Source: an uncultured Treponema sp. (lineage in GTDB: Bacteria; Spirochaetota; Spirochaetia; Treponematales; Treponemataceae). From it: 64,000 nucleotides of DNA. A program made the translations under genes and the position numbers. Shown here one piece after another: positions 7,782 through 17,579 of this stretch. The stretch spans positions 4,220-68,219 of the forward strand of contig CAMHMJ010000012.1 in assembly GCA_946186185.1 (NCBI GenBank). The letters are read 5' to 3'. The notes below the pieces were generated by a model, which saw nothing but the letters and a program-made list of their open reading frames with translations, was not told the origin of the DNA and searched no databases. Each line of letters opens with the position of its first letter. The stretch's first letter is position 1.

Positions 7782-8738
7782 ATGCGTACAGAAAAATTTT
7801 TTCAGACTATGAGAGACGGAACTGAAATATCAGTGAACCGATGGCTTCCGGATTCAGATGATGACATCAAGGCTGTAATTGTTCTTTCGCATGGAATGCT
7901 GGAGCATTCCCTAAGATATGATAGAATCGGTTCAGAGCTTGCAGATAAAGGCTTTGTTTTTAATGCTCACGATCACCGGGGGCATGGACGAACTGCACAC
8001 AACGCCGAACAGAAAGGCAAGGGTGAATTCGGAGTTCTTGCCAGGAAAGACGGCTTTAATACTGTAGAAAAGGACCTGGAAGAAGTTGTAGACAGAGTCC
8101 GCTCTGATTACCCTGACAAGAAAATAATTCTTTTTGGACATTCTTTCGGTTCCTTTGTTTCACAGGCCTTCATTGAAAGAAATTCTTCGGCTGTAAATGC
8201 CTGTATCCTGTGCGGAACAGCCGGACCTCAGAAGCAGGCCGTAAATCTGGGGCTTTTCGTAACAAATCTGCTGTCTCTTTTCCATAAATACAATTACAAG
8301 TCAGCCTGGCTTCAGAAAACCGTTTATTCAGGCTATTACAAAAGAATTGAAAAACATGAAAACGGCTTTGAATGGATTTCTAAAAGCCAGTCGAATATCG
8401 ATATGTATCTGAACGATTCCTGGTGCGGCGGAATTGCAAGCCTGGAGTTCTTCCACGACATGTTTGCCGGAATGAAAGAAATCCACAAAAATGCAAACAT
8501 GAAGAAGATTGCAAAAAATCTTCCTGTCTTCATGATTGCCGGCGGGGACGACCCTGTTGGTTCTTACGGAAAAACCATCGAAAATCTGAAGGATATTTAC
8601 ATAAAAAACGGAATGAAGGATGTATCCGTAAAGCTTTATGAAGGCTACCGCCACGAAATTCTCAACGAAGAAATAAGCGACACAGTCCTTCAGGATGTTA
8701 CTGAATGGATTGAAAAACATCTGGTGCCGATTGACTAA
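7782..8738 (+). CDS. Alpha/beta hydrolase, lysophospholipase / monoacylglycerol-lipase-like
   Basis: HGMLEHSLRYD oxyanion region, GHSFGS nucleophile elbow, C-terminal YEGYRHE catalytic His region. The track ORF starts at GTG 7767. I prefer ATG 7782, which has GGAG upstream. Confidence 0.8.
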   Translation: MRTEKFFQTMRDGTEISVNRWLPDSDDDIKAVIVLSHGMLEHSLRYDRIGSELADKGFVFNAHDHRGHGRTAHNAEQKGKGEFGVLARKDGFNTVEKDLEEVVDRVRSDYPDKKIILFGHSFGSFVSQAFIERNSSAVNACILCGTAGPQKQAVNLGLFVTNLLSLFHKYNYKSAWLQKTVYSGYYKRIEKHENGFEWISKSQSNIDMYLNDSWCGGIASLEFFHDMFAGMKEIHKNANMKKIAKNLPVFMIAGGDDPVGSYGKTIENLKDIYIKNGMKDVSVKLYEGYRHEILNEEISDTVLQDVTEWIEKHLVPID

Positions 8739-8768
8739 AATGTAAATAAAGTAATAATATTTTGCATT

Positions 8769-9986
8769 GTGTTAATCAGATACGGTACAGATAAAAACGG
8801 GAAGCCTGTAAAAAAGGCTGTTATATATACAAAGGAAGAACATTTAATTCCCCGTGAAAAAATAGATTTTGATGCAATCGTAATTATAAACAGACTCAAG
8901 GATGCGGGCTTTCACTCATATATCGTGGGTGGAGCCGTGCGTGATTTGATTACAGGTAACAGTCCAAAGGACTTTGACATTGTTACGGACGCAACTCCAA
9001 GCAGAATCAAGCGTTTATTCAGAAATTCAAGAATTATTGGCAGACGGTTCCGCATTGTTCATGTAATTTTCGGCTCAAAGATTTTTGAGGTAAGTACATT
9101 CAGAAGCAATGCAGAAGGCTCTGTTGGAAATGATTTTGGTTCCATGGATGAAGATGTAATGCGCCGGGATTTCACCCTGAATGCCCTTTACTACGATCCG
9201 ATTCAGGAGCAGGTAATCGATTATGTTGGTGGAATGCGGGATATAAAAAAACATGTTCTTCGTCCTGTAATCCCTCTGGACAGAATTTTTGTTGAAGATC
9301 CGGTACGCATGCTTCGTGCCATTAAGTATTCTGCAAAAACCGAATCAAGGATGTCCTTTCAGTTACGGCACAAAATCCGCCACAGTGCCAGTCTTCTTTC
9401 CCAGATTTCTCCTTCGCGCCTTACGGAAGAGCTTTTAAAAATCGTTAACAGCGGTTCTGCTTACCGTATTATTGAAGAAGCTCTGGATACAGACCTTTTT
9501 ATGGCTCTTCAGCCGGCTGCAAGTGCCATGATGTATGCCGATAAAAACTTTGAAAGCGCCTACATGAAAAGTATCCGGGAGCTGGATGAGCTTGTGCAGA
9601 AGGAAAGCGATGCACGGCTGGGTAAAAAACTGGTTTTCCTTATTAAAGACTTTATTTATACTCTGACCGACTGGAAAAAAGAGCTGGAAAATCATTCGGC
9701 ACAGGGAGAACTTTATACCCGAACCTGGACAGAATGCCGTTCCTTCGTGCTTCCTATGAATCCTCAGAGAACGGAGCTTGAATACGCAATAAAAGCCGTT
9801 CTTTCTGATTTAGGCGTACATTTCCGCTCAAAAAAATCCATGAAAAACAGCAGTGCCGTGGAAGAAAAGAGTGCAGGTGCACCAGCAACAGGCGACAGCG
9901 TAAAAAAATCTCAGGGGAAATCAGGAAATCCTTCCCGCAGAAAACGAAGACGCTCAGCTTCTTATTCTTCGTCAAATGCTCAGTAG
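8769..9986 (+). CDS. tRNA nucleotidyltransferase / poly(A) polymerase family protein (PcnB-like) with a basic C-terminal tail
   Basis: GGAVRDLITGNSPKDFDIVTDATP head-domain motif, RDFTLNALYYD, and an RNA-binding-type basic tail (PSRRKRRRS). GTG start. Confidence 0.8.
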   Translation: MLIRYGTDKNGKPVKKAVIYTKEEHLIPREKIDFDAIVIINRLKDAGFHSYIVGGAVRDLITGNSPKDFDIVTDATPSRIKRLFRNSRIIGRRFRIVHVIFGSKIFEVSTFRSNAEGSVGNDFGSMDEDVMRRDFTLNALYYDPIQEQVIDYVGGMRDIKKHVLRPVIPLDRIFVEDPVRMLRAIKYSAKTESRMSFQLRHKIRHSASLLSQISPSRLTEELLKIVNSGSAYRIIEEALDTDLFMALQPAASAMMYADKNFESAYMKSIRELDELVQKESDARLGKKLVFLIKDFIYTLTDWKKELENHSAQGELYTRTWTECRSFVLPMNPQRTELEYAIKAVLSDLGVHFRSKKSMKNSSAVEEKSAGAPATGDSVKKSQGKSGNPSRRKRRRSASYSSSNAQ

Positions 9987-9990
9987 GAAT

Positions 9991-10027
9991 AAAAAAGCCA
10001 TCGGATGAAAATCTGACGGCTTTTTTT
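9991..10027. terminator. Bidirectional intrinsic terminator between convergent genes
   Basis: An A-run, the stem AGCCATC / GACGGCT (one mismatch), then TTTTTTT. It lies between the stops at 9986 (+) and 10068 (-). Confidence 0.6.
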
Positions 10028-10067
10028 GATTACAGGATTTATTATCCTGCTGGCGGTGAGAACTCCG

Positions 10068-10994
10068 TTATTTTTTCTCCTCGGATTTGTTCTGTCCCTT
10101 AGTTTCCCCGTCGATGTACTGGGTTCCCGTAATTTTATCGATGACGATACTTACTTCTTCAATTAAAATGCCCGTATAAGACTCAATTTTGTCGATAATG
10201 TACTGCTGCATTTTATGAATTTTACCGGTAAGCTGGGTTCCAAAAGGAACGTCGATAATGATCGAGATTTTATAGCCCCGGTTATCGGTACGGATTGTCA
10301 TTTTTTTTACACGAACGGCACTGTCGGTTTCGTATACGCAGTGCATTACCATCTGGGTGAGGGCAGCTTCCGAAATTTCTATACGGCCTTTCTTTGAGAA
10401 TTCCGGCTGTACGATGGATTTTTCAAAAAGCTTTCCGGTGTTTTTGTCTTTTTTAGAAAGGAATTTATTTTTTCGGAAAAAGACCTTAATTGAATTTGAA
10501 AAAATCTGAGGATAACTCTGCTTTACTTCAATCGAAGGAACCGGAATTACGTGTTTTCCTTCAATCTGGCGGGATTTAATTGCCTTTTCAATTTCTTCCC
10601 GTGTTGCAATTTCTTCAATGTGAATTATTTTCTGAGGCTGAGGAAGCTGAAGCCGGGTAGCAATTTTATTTACCATTTTTTCAGAAGTGCCCAGAATAAG
10701 GATTTTCTTGATTCTCGCTTTTTTCAGGGCCTTTGCAATTTCATCCCGGTGATCTTTATCGTCAAAAAGGGCAACCCTAACGGCACCCATATAAGTCTTT
10801 TCCCGTTTTGCGCTGTGTCCGGCTAAAATTTTATCATTCTGAATCAAAAGCCCGTCATCAATAATTGAATCGATTCCGTATTTTTCTGCAAGCAGCTTTG
10901 AGCGGAAGCTTTTTCCTGTTCCGCTTTCCCCAACCAGCGCAAATACAGAAACTGGTTTTAGTCCTTTGATTATGTCCTGAATAAAATTGCCCAT
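10068..10994 (-). CDS. P-loop NTPase/kinase-like domain fused to a C-terminal Asp23/Gls24-like domain
   Basis: Walker A VGESGTGKS at the N-terminus, with DDGLLI resembling small nucleotide kinases. The C-terminal ~110 aa (ISEAALTQMVMHCVYETDSAVRVKKMTIRTDNRGYKISIIIDVPFGTQLTGKIHKMQQYIIDKIESYTGILIEEVSIVIDKI) follows the Asp23 alkaline-shock-protein pattern. Confidence 0.6.
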   Translation of the reverse strand: MGNFIQDIIKGLKPVSVFALVGESGTGKSFRSKLLAEKYGIDSIIDDGLLIQNDKILAGHSAKREKTYMGAVRVALFDDKDHRDEIAKALKKARIKKILILGTSEKMVNKIATRLQLPQPQKIIHIEEIATREEIEKAIKSRQIEGKHVIPVPSIEVKQSYPQIFSNSIKVFFRKNKFLSKKDKNTGKLFEKSIVQPEFSKKGRIEISEAALTQMVMHCVYETDSAVRVKKMTIRTDNRGYKISIIIDVPFGTQLTGKIHKMQQYIIDKIESYTGILIEEVSIVIDKITGTQYIDGETKGQNKSEEKK

Positions 10995-11003
10995 ATTCCC
11001 AAA

Positions 11004-12074
11004 TTATAAACCTAACTCATTTATTTCGCAATTATTCGCATTTAAAAATTTCTTAAAGTTTTCAGGAAGGGGAGCCTTAATGTATTCCGGTAGGGAAAAG
11101 GGATTTTCCGGGAAAGTAAGCTTATAAGCGTGCAAAAATAATTCCTGCCCCAGCCCCTCAGACTTTTTTCCGCCGTAAGCTGTGTCCCCGTAAAGGGGAA
11201 AGCCGTGTAAAGCGCTCATGCTTCTTATCTGGTGGGTGCGGCCGGTGTGAATAACAAAGCGAACAAGAGACAGCTCCGTATTTTTGTAAATAAAACTTTT
11301 AACCGGATAGATATCGGTTTCAGCAATTTTTGAACCGGAAGAATCCCGGGAGGAAGAAGCCTTTACGGTGTGAAAGTTTTTTTCATCTCCGGAAGGGTCG
11401 GATTCTTTTTCTATGTAGTCCCTCCAGCTTTCACTTTTTGTAACGGTTCCTTGAACAAGGGCAAGGTATTCTTTTTTTATTTCGTGATTTTTGATCTTTT
11501 CTGAAAACCACACAGCCCCTTTGTGGCTCCAGGAAAAAGCAAGAAGGCCTGTGGTCCGTTCATCAAGGCGGTGAAGGGGGCCTGGAGAAAAGGAAAGGGA
11601 ATTGTTCCCGTTTTTTGAAAAATAATTTTTTACAAAAGCGTCCAGACTGTCCTTTTTCCCATGAACGGAATAACCGTAGGGCTTGTTTATAATCAGTAAG
11701 TCGTCATTTTTTAGTACTATTTCAAAAGGAAAATCCTGAGTTGAGGAAGAAGAGTTTTGTCCGCCGGAAAATTCTGCAGCTTTTCCGGAGACTCCCTTGT
11801 TTTTGCTGATGTTTCCAGTCTGGTCGCCCACAGCCATTGTCTGTACTGCACCTGAAGCACTGTATTTTTCTGCAATGAAAACAGGAATATCTATCTTATC
11901 GCTGGAAAAAACCCGGGTTTCGGATTTTGCTTTTTTATCATTTACACGGATCAGGCCTTTTCTTATCAGGGAATAAATTTCTGAAAGGGAAGCAGAAGGC
12001 AGAAGAACCCTTAAAATTTTATCGAGCCTTCGCGAATCATCATTTTCTCCAGCGTAAAAAGATTTAAATTCCAT
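11004..12074 (-). CDS. RluA-family pseudouridine synthase with N-terminal S4-like domain
   Basis: RLDKILRVLLP S4 region, catalytic HRLDERTTGLLAFS, and GRTHQIRSMSALHGFPLYGDTAYGG. The start is set at the internal Met (MEFKSFYAG), which removes the overlap with the divergent gene. Confidence 0.85.
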   Translation of the reverse strand: MEFKSFYAGENDDSRRLDKILRVLLPSASLSEIYSLIRKGLIRVNDKKAKSETRVFSSDKIDIPVFIAEKYSASGAVQTMAVGDQTGNISKNKGVSGKAAEFSGGQNSSSSTQDFPFEIVLKNDDLLIINKPYGYSVHGKKDSLDAFVKNYFSKNGNNSLSFSPGPLHRLDERTTGLLAFSWSHKGAVWFSEKIKNHEIKKEYLALVQGTVTKSESWRDYIEKESDPSGDEKNFHTVKASSSRDSSGSKIAETDIYPVKSFIYKNTELSLVRFVIHTGRTHQIRSMSALHGFPLYGDTAYGGKKSEGLGQELFLHAYKLTFPENPFSLPEYIKAPLPENFKKFLNANNCEINELGL

Positions 12075-12155
12075 AAGGCAATTATGAAAGAAAATGTTGT
12101 TTGGAGCAATATTAACACTAGTAAAAATCATCATATAATGGTAAAATTAAAAATC

Positions 12156-12635
12156 ATGTTTGTGAATTTCAGTGAGCAGATAAAAGGTTTCATAACAAGT
12201 CCTGTTTTACTTGCAGGACTTTCCAGCTGGCTTTCAGCCCAGTTTATAAAAACCGTAATAAATATACTTTATGGAAGAATTCATTCAATTCCTGAATTAC
12301 TTGAAAACCTGTTCTGGAAAACCGGCGGACTTCCGTCCAGTCATTCCGCTCTGGTAACTTCAATTTGTACTACCATCGGTTTCAGAAATGGAATTACGAG
12401 CGATATTTTTATGCTTGCCCTTGCTTTTCTTATGGTAACGGTACGGGACGCTCTTGGAGTACGCCGTTCAAACGGAATTCAGGCTAAAAAAATCAACGAA
12501 ATAGGCAGAAACCTTAGCGAAAAGGAAATCATCGAATATAAACCTCTCAAGGAGGTAAACGGGCATACTCCAATGGAAGTAACCCTCGGCTGTGTTCTGG
12601 GAATGGTTCTGGGACTCGCTTTTTCGATTTTTTAA
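12156..12635 (+). CDS. Divergent PAP2 / DUF212 (YuiD-like) membrane protein
   Basis: SSWLSAQFIKTVIN, GGLPSSHSALVTS and RDALGVRRSNGIQAKKINE match the acid-phosphatase/vanadium-haloperoxidase-related DUF212 pattern. The start was chosen at ATG 12156; 12138 is also possible, and the track start at 12084 would overlap the divergent gene. Confidence 0.7.
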   Translation: MFVNFSEQIKGFITSPVLLAGLSSWLSAQFIKTVINILYGRIHSIPELLENLFWKTGGLPSSHSALVTSICTTIGFRNGITSDIFMLALAFLMVTVRDALGVRRSNGIQAKKINEIGRNLSEKEIIEYKPLKEVNGHTPMEVTLGCVLGMVLGLAFSIF

Positions 12636-12637
12636 AA

Positions 12638-14029
12638 ATGTCTGCTCTTAAACGTTATATTTTACCTCTTTTCATTATACTTTCTTCTCTGCTGTGCATT
12701 AAGATTTTTAAGGTAACTCAGATTCAAAAGCTCTGGTCAGGATATTCCCTTATGTATGTTCAGAAAAATGCGGATATGCAGAAGGTTTATCAGGTTCTGG
12801 AGGAATATTCCGTAAAAAATTACAGCTGTCTTGAAAATCAGTTTGTTCCCTTAAATCTTGTGGATCAAAGCCCTGAGGTTCGTCTTTCTGCCTCATTTTT
12901 AAATGACTCTGATTCCTATCTTTCCAGAAGAAATTCATATTTTTTTGACCGTGATAAGCTGTATACGGTTTTCTATATCCCGGAAAAATATTCTTCAAAG
13001 CTTCCAAAGGTTCTTAGTGCTCTTGGAAGGGAAGGTATTAAGGGCGGGGTAAACGCAAATGCTAATTATCCATTTATCTGTCCTCTGGTTATTTTTCTGT
13101 TTGCAATACTTTTAGTTTTTTATTCAGAGGATAAAATCAGGGCAGTTCTCTATTTTTCCCTTCCCGTATATTTTTCTTTTTTTGTGCCGGTGTACCTTGT
13201 CTGTTCCAGCCTGTGCCTTTTCATGTACGCCTCCTTTCTTTCCTTCAGAATATTGGAAAGAAAAAATACTTTTGAGGTTTTGAAAAAATCCAGAATTTTT
13301 GTAATCCTCCTTTCAGTTTCCTTAGTTTCCATGCTGTTTACTTCATTTAAGGCAGTGCTTCTTTATATTCTTTTGCTGCTTTCCTGTGCCGCAGTTCTTT
13401 ATCTATATAAAAATATTCTTTCTGCATTTGAAAATGCAAAATATTCCTTTGTTCCCGTAAAAATCCGGACTGCAAATATGATTCGCCTGGTTACAAAAAA
13501 ATCCCGGTTCTGCCTTCTTTTGATGGGAATTTTTGTTTCCTTTGTTTTCCTGTTTGCATTAATTTCCATGAAGGTTTCATTTCCGTCTTCAGATGATGGT
13601 GTAAAGCTTCCTTCTGCGGTTTCTCTTGAAAAATCCCTTCCGGATCTGGGAGATTTTATTGACTGGAGATGGGAAGCTCTGATTTATCCATATGTTTCCC
13701 TTAATTCAAGTGAAACTATTTTACCAAAAGACGGAAATACTGTATATTTTCCTAGATTTACAGAAGAAAACGGAAAAATAACTCAGAGTTTGACATCTAT
13801 TACTTTTAATCAGAAGTTTAAGGAAGATTCTGTTGACTCCCTGGAAAGCCTTGATTATCCGGCCATCGAAAAGGTAATCCGGAAGCAGGGCAGAATGAGA
13901 CCAGGATTTACATCGGCTGCAAATGCCAGACCATCTTTTGTTTCAGTTATTCTGATGACTATTTGTTCTATTTCTTCCTTTTTTATGTACTTTATTATTA
14001 CAAACCCAAAATTTCGCGGGAGGTTTTAA
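12638..14029 (+). CDS. Hypothetical polytopic membrane protein (no recognisable family)
   Basis: 463-aa ORF with an N-terminal anchor, a soluble ~130-aa segment, at least 6 hydrophobic helices and a second soluble segment. It starts 3 nt after the upstream stop and ends immediately before the RnfC-like start. Confidence 0.65.
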   Translation: MSALKRYILPLFIILSSLLCIKIFKVTQIQKLWSGYSLMYVQKNADMQKVYQVLEEYSVKNYSCLENQFVPLNLVDQSPEVRLSASFLNDSDSYLSRRNSYFFDRDKLYTVFYIPEKYSSKLPKVLSALGREGIKGGVNANANYPFICPLVIFLFAILLVFYSEDKIRAVLYFSLPVYFSFFVPVYLVCSSLCLFMYASFLSFRILERKNTFEVLKKSRIFVILLSVSLVSMLFTSFKAVLLYILLLLSCAAVLYLYKNILSAFENAKYSFVPVKIRTANMIRLVTKKSRFCLLLMGIFVSFVFLFALISMKVSFPSSDDGVKLPSAVSLEKSLPDLGDFIDWRWEALIYPYVSLNSSETILPKDGNTVYFPRFTEENGKITQSLTSITFNQKFKEDSVDSLESLDYPAIEKVIRKQGRMRPGFTSAANARPSFVSVILMTICSISSFFMYFIITNPKFRGRF

Positions 14030-15427
14030 GTGACAGTTTTTCCGAATATACATGGAATTAAAAAAAGTTCCTATAAAAAATGTGTAAATGGTTTTATTCC
14101 AAAAACTGTATTGATTCCTCTAAGACAGGATTTTGGTCCTGAATGTAATCTCCTGGTAAAGGAAGGGGAAAGCGTAAAAGAAGGACAGCTGATTGCCCAA
14201 AGCTCATGGGAAAACGGAAAAACCATGAGTTGTGTTTACTCTCCCATTCCCGGAATTGTAACCGGAAAAGAGCTCTGTGTCTGTCCGGATGGAAAAATGT
14301 CTCATGCCGTAAGAATTAAGCTGGGGGGCAGCTTTTCTTTTCTTGGTAAGAAAAAAAATCCTCTGGATATAACCCTCATGAGACAGAATGAATTAATTCA
14401 GGAAATCGCCATAAAGGGTATTGTGAACACCTTTACGGCTCAGGAACCGACTCTTCTTTCTGATGATATCAGTAAAGCCGTTGAGAAAAAAGCCAAGCTT
14501 CTTGTAGTGCGGCTTTTTGATGAGGATTCTTCCAGATATACGGACAGTCTTCTTGCCAATTTTTATACCGCCGAAATTTTTGAAGGTGCAAAAATAGCCC
14601 TTAAAGCTCTGAACGGTGACGGAATCATTTTTGTTACGGAAAAGGATTTTGTAAAGCCGGAAAATCTTTCCCTCAAGGTTCCCTGTTTTTTTGTTCAGGC
14701 TAAAACCCGGCTTTATCCTTCAGGATATAAAAATCAGTTAATTTCCCTGGTAAAATCCCAGGTGAAGGACGAAACCTTTTCTAAGGTTTCCCGTAATTCT
14801 CTTTTCACAGATTCTTCCACAATGCTTGAGCTTTCAAGAACCATTAATTCCGGCTTCCCGTCAATTGACCGGTATGTTCTGGTTGGTGGAGAATGCCTGA
14901 ATGTTTCAGGACTGATTAAGGTTGTTCACGGAACTTCCTTCAGAGATTTAGCAGAACAGTGCGGAGGACTTGTAAAAAGACCGGGAACCATTCTTGTAAA
15001 CGGCTATGTTTCAGGTTTTTCTACGATTACACTGGATACTCCGGTTACAAAATACGTAAAATCAGTGACCTTCCTGCCGGAATCAAAGGTTCCGGACCAG
15101 CGCATGTCTGTCTGTATCCACTGCGGAGCCTGCAGACGGGTGTGCCCTGAAAAATTAAGTCCGGATTTAGTATATTCCCGCTTAAAACAAATCGAAAATC
15201 TTCCTGAGATTTACGAAAAATCCAGGGTATTTTGCATCGACTGTTCTCTCTGTAATTCCGTGTGTCCGTCCCGCTTGCCTCTTAGTCAGACCATCTATAA
15301 AAAGCAGGAAAACAAGGTAAAACAGAACATTTCAACTGCCGGTAAGGAAACCGGGGAAACGGTTTCTCAAACTGTTTCTCCTTCCGTGGAAAATTCAATA
15401 ATTAAGGAAAAGAAAATTGAAAAATAA
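14030..15427 (+). CDS. rnfC: RnfC-like subunit (barrel-sandwich N-domain, degenerate nucleotide-binding domain, SLBB-like region, two 4Fe-4S motifs)
   Basis: VLIPLRQDFGPECNLLVKEGESVKEGQLIA and YSPIPGIVTG match the RnfC N-domain. CIHCGACRRVCP and CIDCSLCNSVCP are ferredoxin motifs. Where canonical RnfC has GIVGxGGAGFPT and NGAECEPY, this protein has GIVNTFTAQEPT and RLFDEDSSRY. GTG start directly after the upstream stop. Confidence 0.65.
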   Translation: MTVFPNIHGIKKSSYKKCVNGFIPKTVLIPLRQDFGPECNLLVKEGESVKEGQLIAQSSWENGKTMSCVYSPIPGIVTGKELCVCPDGKMSHAVRIKLGGSFSFLGKKKNPLDITLMRQNELIQEIAIKGIVNTFTAQEPTLLSDDISKAVEKKAKLLVVRLFDEDSSRYTDSLLANFYTAEIFEGAKIALKALNGDGIIFVTEKDFVKPENLSLKVPCFFVQAKTRLYPSGYKNQLISLVKSQVKDETFSKVSRNSLFTDSSTMLELSRTINSGFPSIDRYVLVGGECLNVSGLIKVVHGTSFRDLAEQCGGLVKRPGTILVNGYVSGFSTITLDTPVTKYVKSVTFLPESKVPDQRMSVCIHCGACRRVCPEKLSPDLVYSRLKQIENLPEIYEKSRVFCIDCSLCNSVCPSRLPLSQTIYKKQENKVKQNISTAGKETGETVSQTVSPSVENSIIKEKKIEK

Positions 15428-16496
15428 AAATAAACCAAGAAATATTCTTGTTCGTCCTTATACCTATATTACTCAGTCCGTTGGAACAGATTCCTTAAAA
15501 ATGTGCGTCCTGCTTTTAATTCAGGTTATTCTTCTTCTGGTTTCGGCGTCTTACAAGGCAGTTTTCGTAATTTTGACAAGTCTTGCATCTTCCGTAATTG
15601 CTGATATCCTTGATAAAAAGTTTCAGAATAAGGCTGAAGCCTCAGATGCCTTTTCAATTCAGATAAGTGCCGTTCAGGGCTTGATAATCGGTTTCCTGCT
15701 TCCTGAAAGCTATCCTCTGGTAACTGTATTTTTTGTGACACTTTTTACAATGGGCGTGTACAAATACATGTTCGGCGGCTATTCAAGAGCCTGGCTTAAC
15801 CCCAGCATAGTAACCGTTTTAATTTTATGGACCATCGGAAGCCGTTTTTTTCCGGATTTTCTTGTTTCCTACGATATTCTTTCAATGAGAAATCCAAGTC
15901 AGCTACTGATAGAAAGCGGCGCTTTCCCGAATATGAAATTTGACACACAGATTACTGATGTCCTTAATAATTCCGTTTTCAGTCTTTTTAAGGTTTCCGT
16001 ACCTGAAGGTTATGTTTCTATGTTCTGGGATACGGGTTCCGTAATTCCTGCCTTCCGTTTTAATTTTCTTACAATCATTTCTTCTATTGTTCTTTTTGGA
16101 GATGATTATGTAAAGGGAATAATCGCCGCCTGTTTCCTTGGAGTATATTTTCTGCTTATCAGATATATTTCTCCTCTGTTTTTTGGAACCTTCCAGATTA
16201 AAGGAGACATAGTCTTGGCATTGCTTACCAGCGGAACCCTGTTTTTTGCTACTTTTATCATCGGCTGGTACGGAACAGCACCTGCTACTGTACCCGGAAA
16301 AATAATTACCGGTGTTCTGGCCGGAATCGCAGCATTCTTTATTGCAGGACCGGGAACTTCTCCTGTAGGACTTGTTTTTACCGTTATGATTTCAAATATT
16401 TTCTCCCTTGTAATAAAGCAGTTTGAAGAGCATAACGACAGAATCCGAATAGAAAAGCTTATACAGAGAAAGGAGGCCCTTGTAAATGCCGATTAA
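15417..16496 (+). CDS. rnfD: RnfD-like polytopic membrane subunit
   Basis: KYMFGGYSRAWLNPSIVTVLIL resembles KHLYGGLGxNxFNPA, and LLTSGTLFFATFI resembles the C-terminal SGA(T) helix region. TTG start overlaps the RnfC-like stop. The position I align with the flavinylated Thr reads SGAF (residues 167-170). Confidence 0.6.
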   Translation: MKNKNKPRNILVRPYTYITQSVGTDSLKMCVLLLIQVILLLVSASYKAVFVILTSLASSVIADILDKKFQNKAEASDAFSIQISAVQGLIIGFLLPESYPLVTVFFVTLFTMGVYKYMFGGYSRAWLNPSIVTVLILWTIGSRFFPDFLVSYDILSMRNPSQLLIESGAFPNMKFDTQITDVLNNSVFSLFKVSVPEGYVSMFWDTGSVIPAFRFNFLTIISSIVLFGDDYVKGIIAACFLGVYFLLIRYISPLFFGTFQIKGDIVLALLTSGTLFFATFIIGWYGTAPATVPGKIITGVLAGIAAFFIAGPGTSPVGLVFTVMISNIFSLVIKQFEEHNDRIRIEKLIQRKEALVNAD

Positions 16497-16968
16497 AAAT
16501 TCTATGGATGCAAAGGAATTCTGGAGACTCTTCGGGCTTTTTTCTGCCGTTATTGTTGTTCTGTTTTTTTTGAATTTTGGCTTCATTAAACTGTCAAAAA
16601 GCTTCTGGGAAAAAGGTCTTAAAGAAAGCGTTCAGACAGTTCTGAATGAAAAATATCCGGATAAATGGAATGTAGGGGATTACAAAACAATAGATAATCC
16701 ATTTTATGCAAGTGCTGCTTCTTATATGATAGTATCCCGGGAAAACGGGAGAAAAGGGTACGCAGTAATTATCCGCACTCCGACCCTGTACGGTCCTTAT
16801 CCCGCTGTTTTTATCAAGCAGAAGGATTCTGATTTTGAATTTGTGGGTTATTCAGGTATTAAGGGCAGGGTAAAGTCCCTTATGGAAGAGCGAAAATCTG
16901 ATATATTTATTTCCTACTGGATTTCCCGCCTTCCTAAAATCTTGAATCTTGGAACGGAGGTAGAATAA
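16486..16968 (+). CDS. rnfG: RnfG-position small membrane-anchored protein (partial FMN_bind-like fold)
   Basis: It sits between the D-like and E-like genes, as in rnfCDGEAB operons. It has an N-terminal TM helix, and GYAVIIRTPTLYGPYPAVFIKQKDSDFEFVGYSG resembles the N-terminal half of the FMN_bind domain. No SGAT motif is present (YSGIKG instead). Assigned mainly by position. Confidence 0.4.
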   Translation: MPIKNSMDAKEFWRLFGLFSAVIVVLFFLNFGFIKLSKSFWEKGLKESVQTVLNEKYPDKWNVGDYKTIDNPFYASAASYMIVSRENGRKGYAVIIRTPTLYGPYPAVFIKQKDSDFEFVGYSGIKGRVKSLMEERKSDIFISYWISRLPKILNLGTEVE

Positions 16969-17579
16969 TGACACGAAAAGCAGTTGCAATTCATATGGCC
17001 CTTACCTGTGCAATGGCAGTTGCCTTACCGGGACGCTTTGCTTTTGCCCTCATTGTTGCTTTTGAACTCTGTTTTTTAATGCTTACAGGAACTTTATTCC
17101 GTTCACTTTTAAAAATATTAAAGATGAAGGAACTTAAGAGCATCTGTCTATGCACATTTATTGTTTCCATGACAATGCTGTTCCGGGAAATAGTATGTCT
17201 TTTAATGCCTGAAACTGCGCTCCAGCTGAGTTTTGTTTTTTATCTTCCGGCTATAAGTACTTTTTCCAGCGTTTTCCTTTTTGATGAACAGAATCTAGTT
17301 TTGAAGGACGAATTAAAAGTAAACCTTGTTCCTGTCCTTGTTTTTTCTGCATATATTTTAATTCAAAATCTTTTGCGGGATATTTTAGGCTACGGAACCT
17401 TTACGCTTCCTGCAAAAGGAAAAATGCTGGAAGTTGTATTGATAAAATCTGAACGGATTTCTTTCCTGTCATTTTTTGCTACAATCCCTGGTGCAATTAT
17501 GATTTCATCTCTGGTTATGGCATTTTACCTGACCTTCGAAAATCGTATGGAAATCTTAAAAAAGGCGGATATAAAATGA
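16968..17579 (+). CDS. rnfE: RnfE-like (Rnf-Nqr family) membrane subunit
   Basis: LRDILGYGTFT and FFATIPGAIMISSLVMAF parallel RsxE IREILGNGTLF and LLAMLPPGAFIGLGLMLA. About 6 TM helices. TAATG overlap with the upstream gene. Confidence 0.5.
   Translation: MTRKAVAIHMALTCAMAVALPGRFAFALIVAFELCFLMLTGTLFRSLLKILKMKELKSICLCTFIVSMTMLFREIVCLLMPETALQLSFVFYLPAISTFSSVFLFDEQNLVLKDELKVNLVPVLVFSAYILIQNLLRDILGYGTFTLPAKGKMLEVVLIKSERISFLSFFATIPGAIMISSLVMAFYLTFENRMEILKKADIK

Noticed and set aside
8328-8720. 130-aa minus-strand ORF, with further small ORFs at 8336-8533 and 8423-8641
   Set aside because: They lie inside the alpha/beta hydrolase CDS, which carries clear catalytic motifs in its own frame.
12084-12155. 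Upstream extension of the DUF212 ORF overlapping the divergent RluA-family ORF, and the matching extension of that ORF at 12075-12134
   Set aside because: The two long ORF versions would overlap head to head by 51 nt. The internal Mets restore an 81-bp divergent promoter region and match the conserved N-termini of both families.
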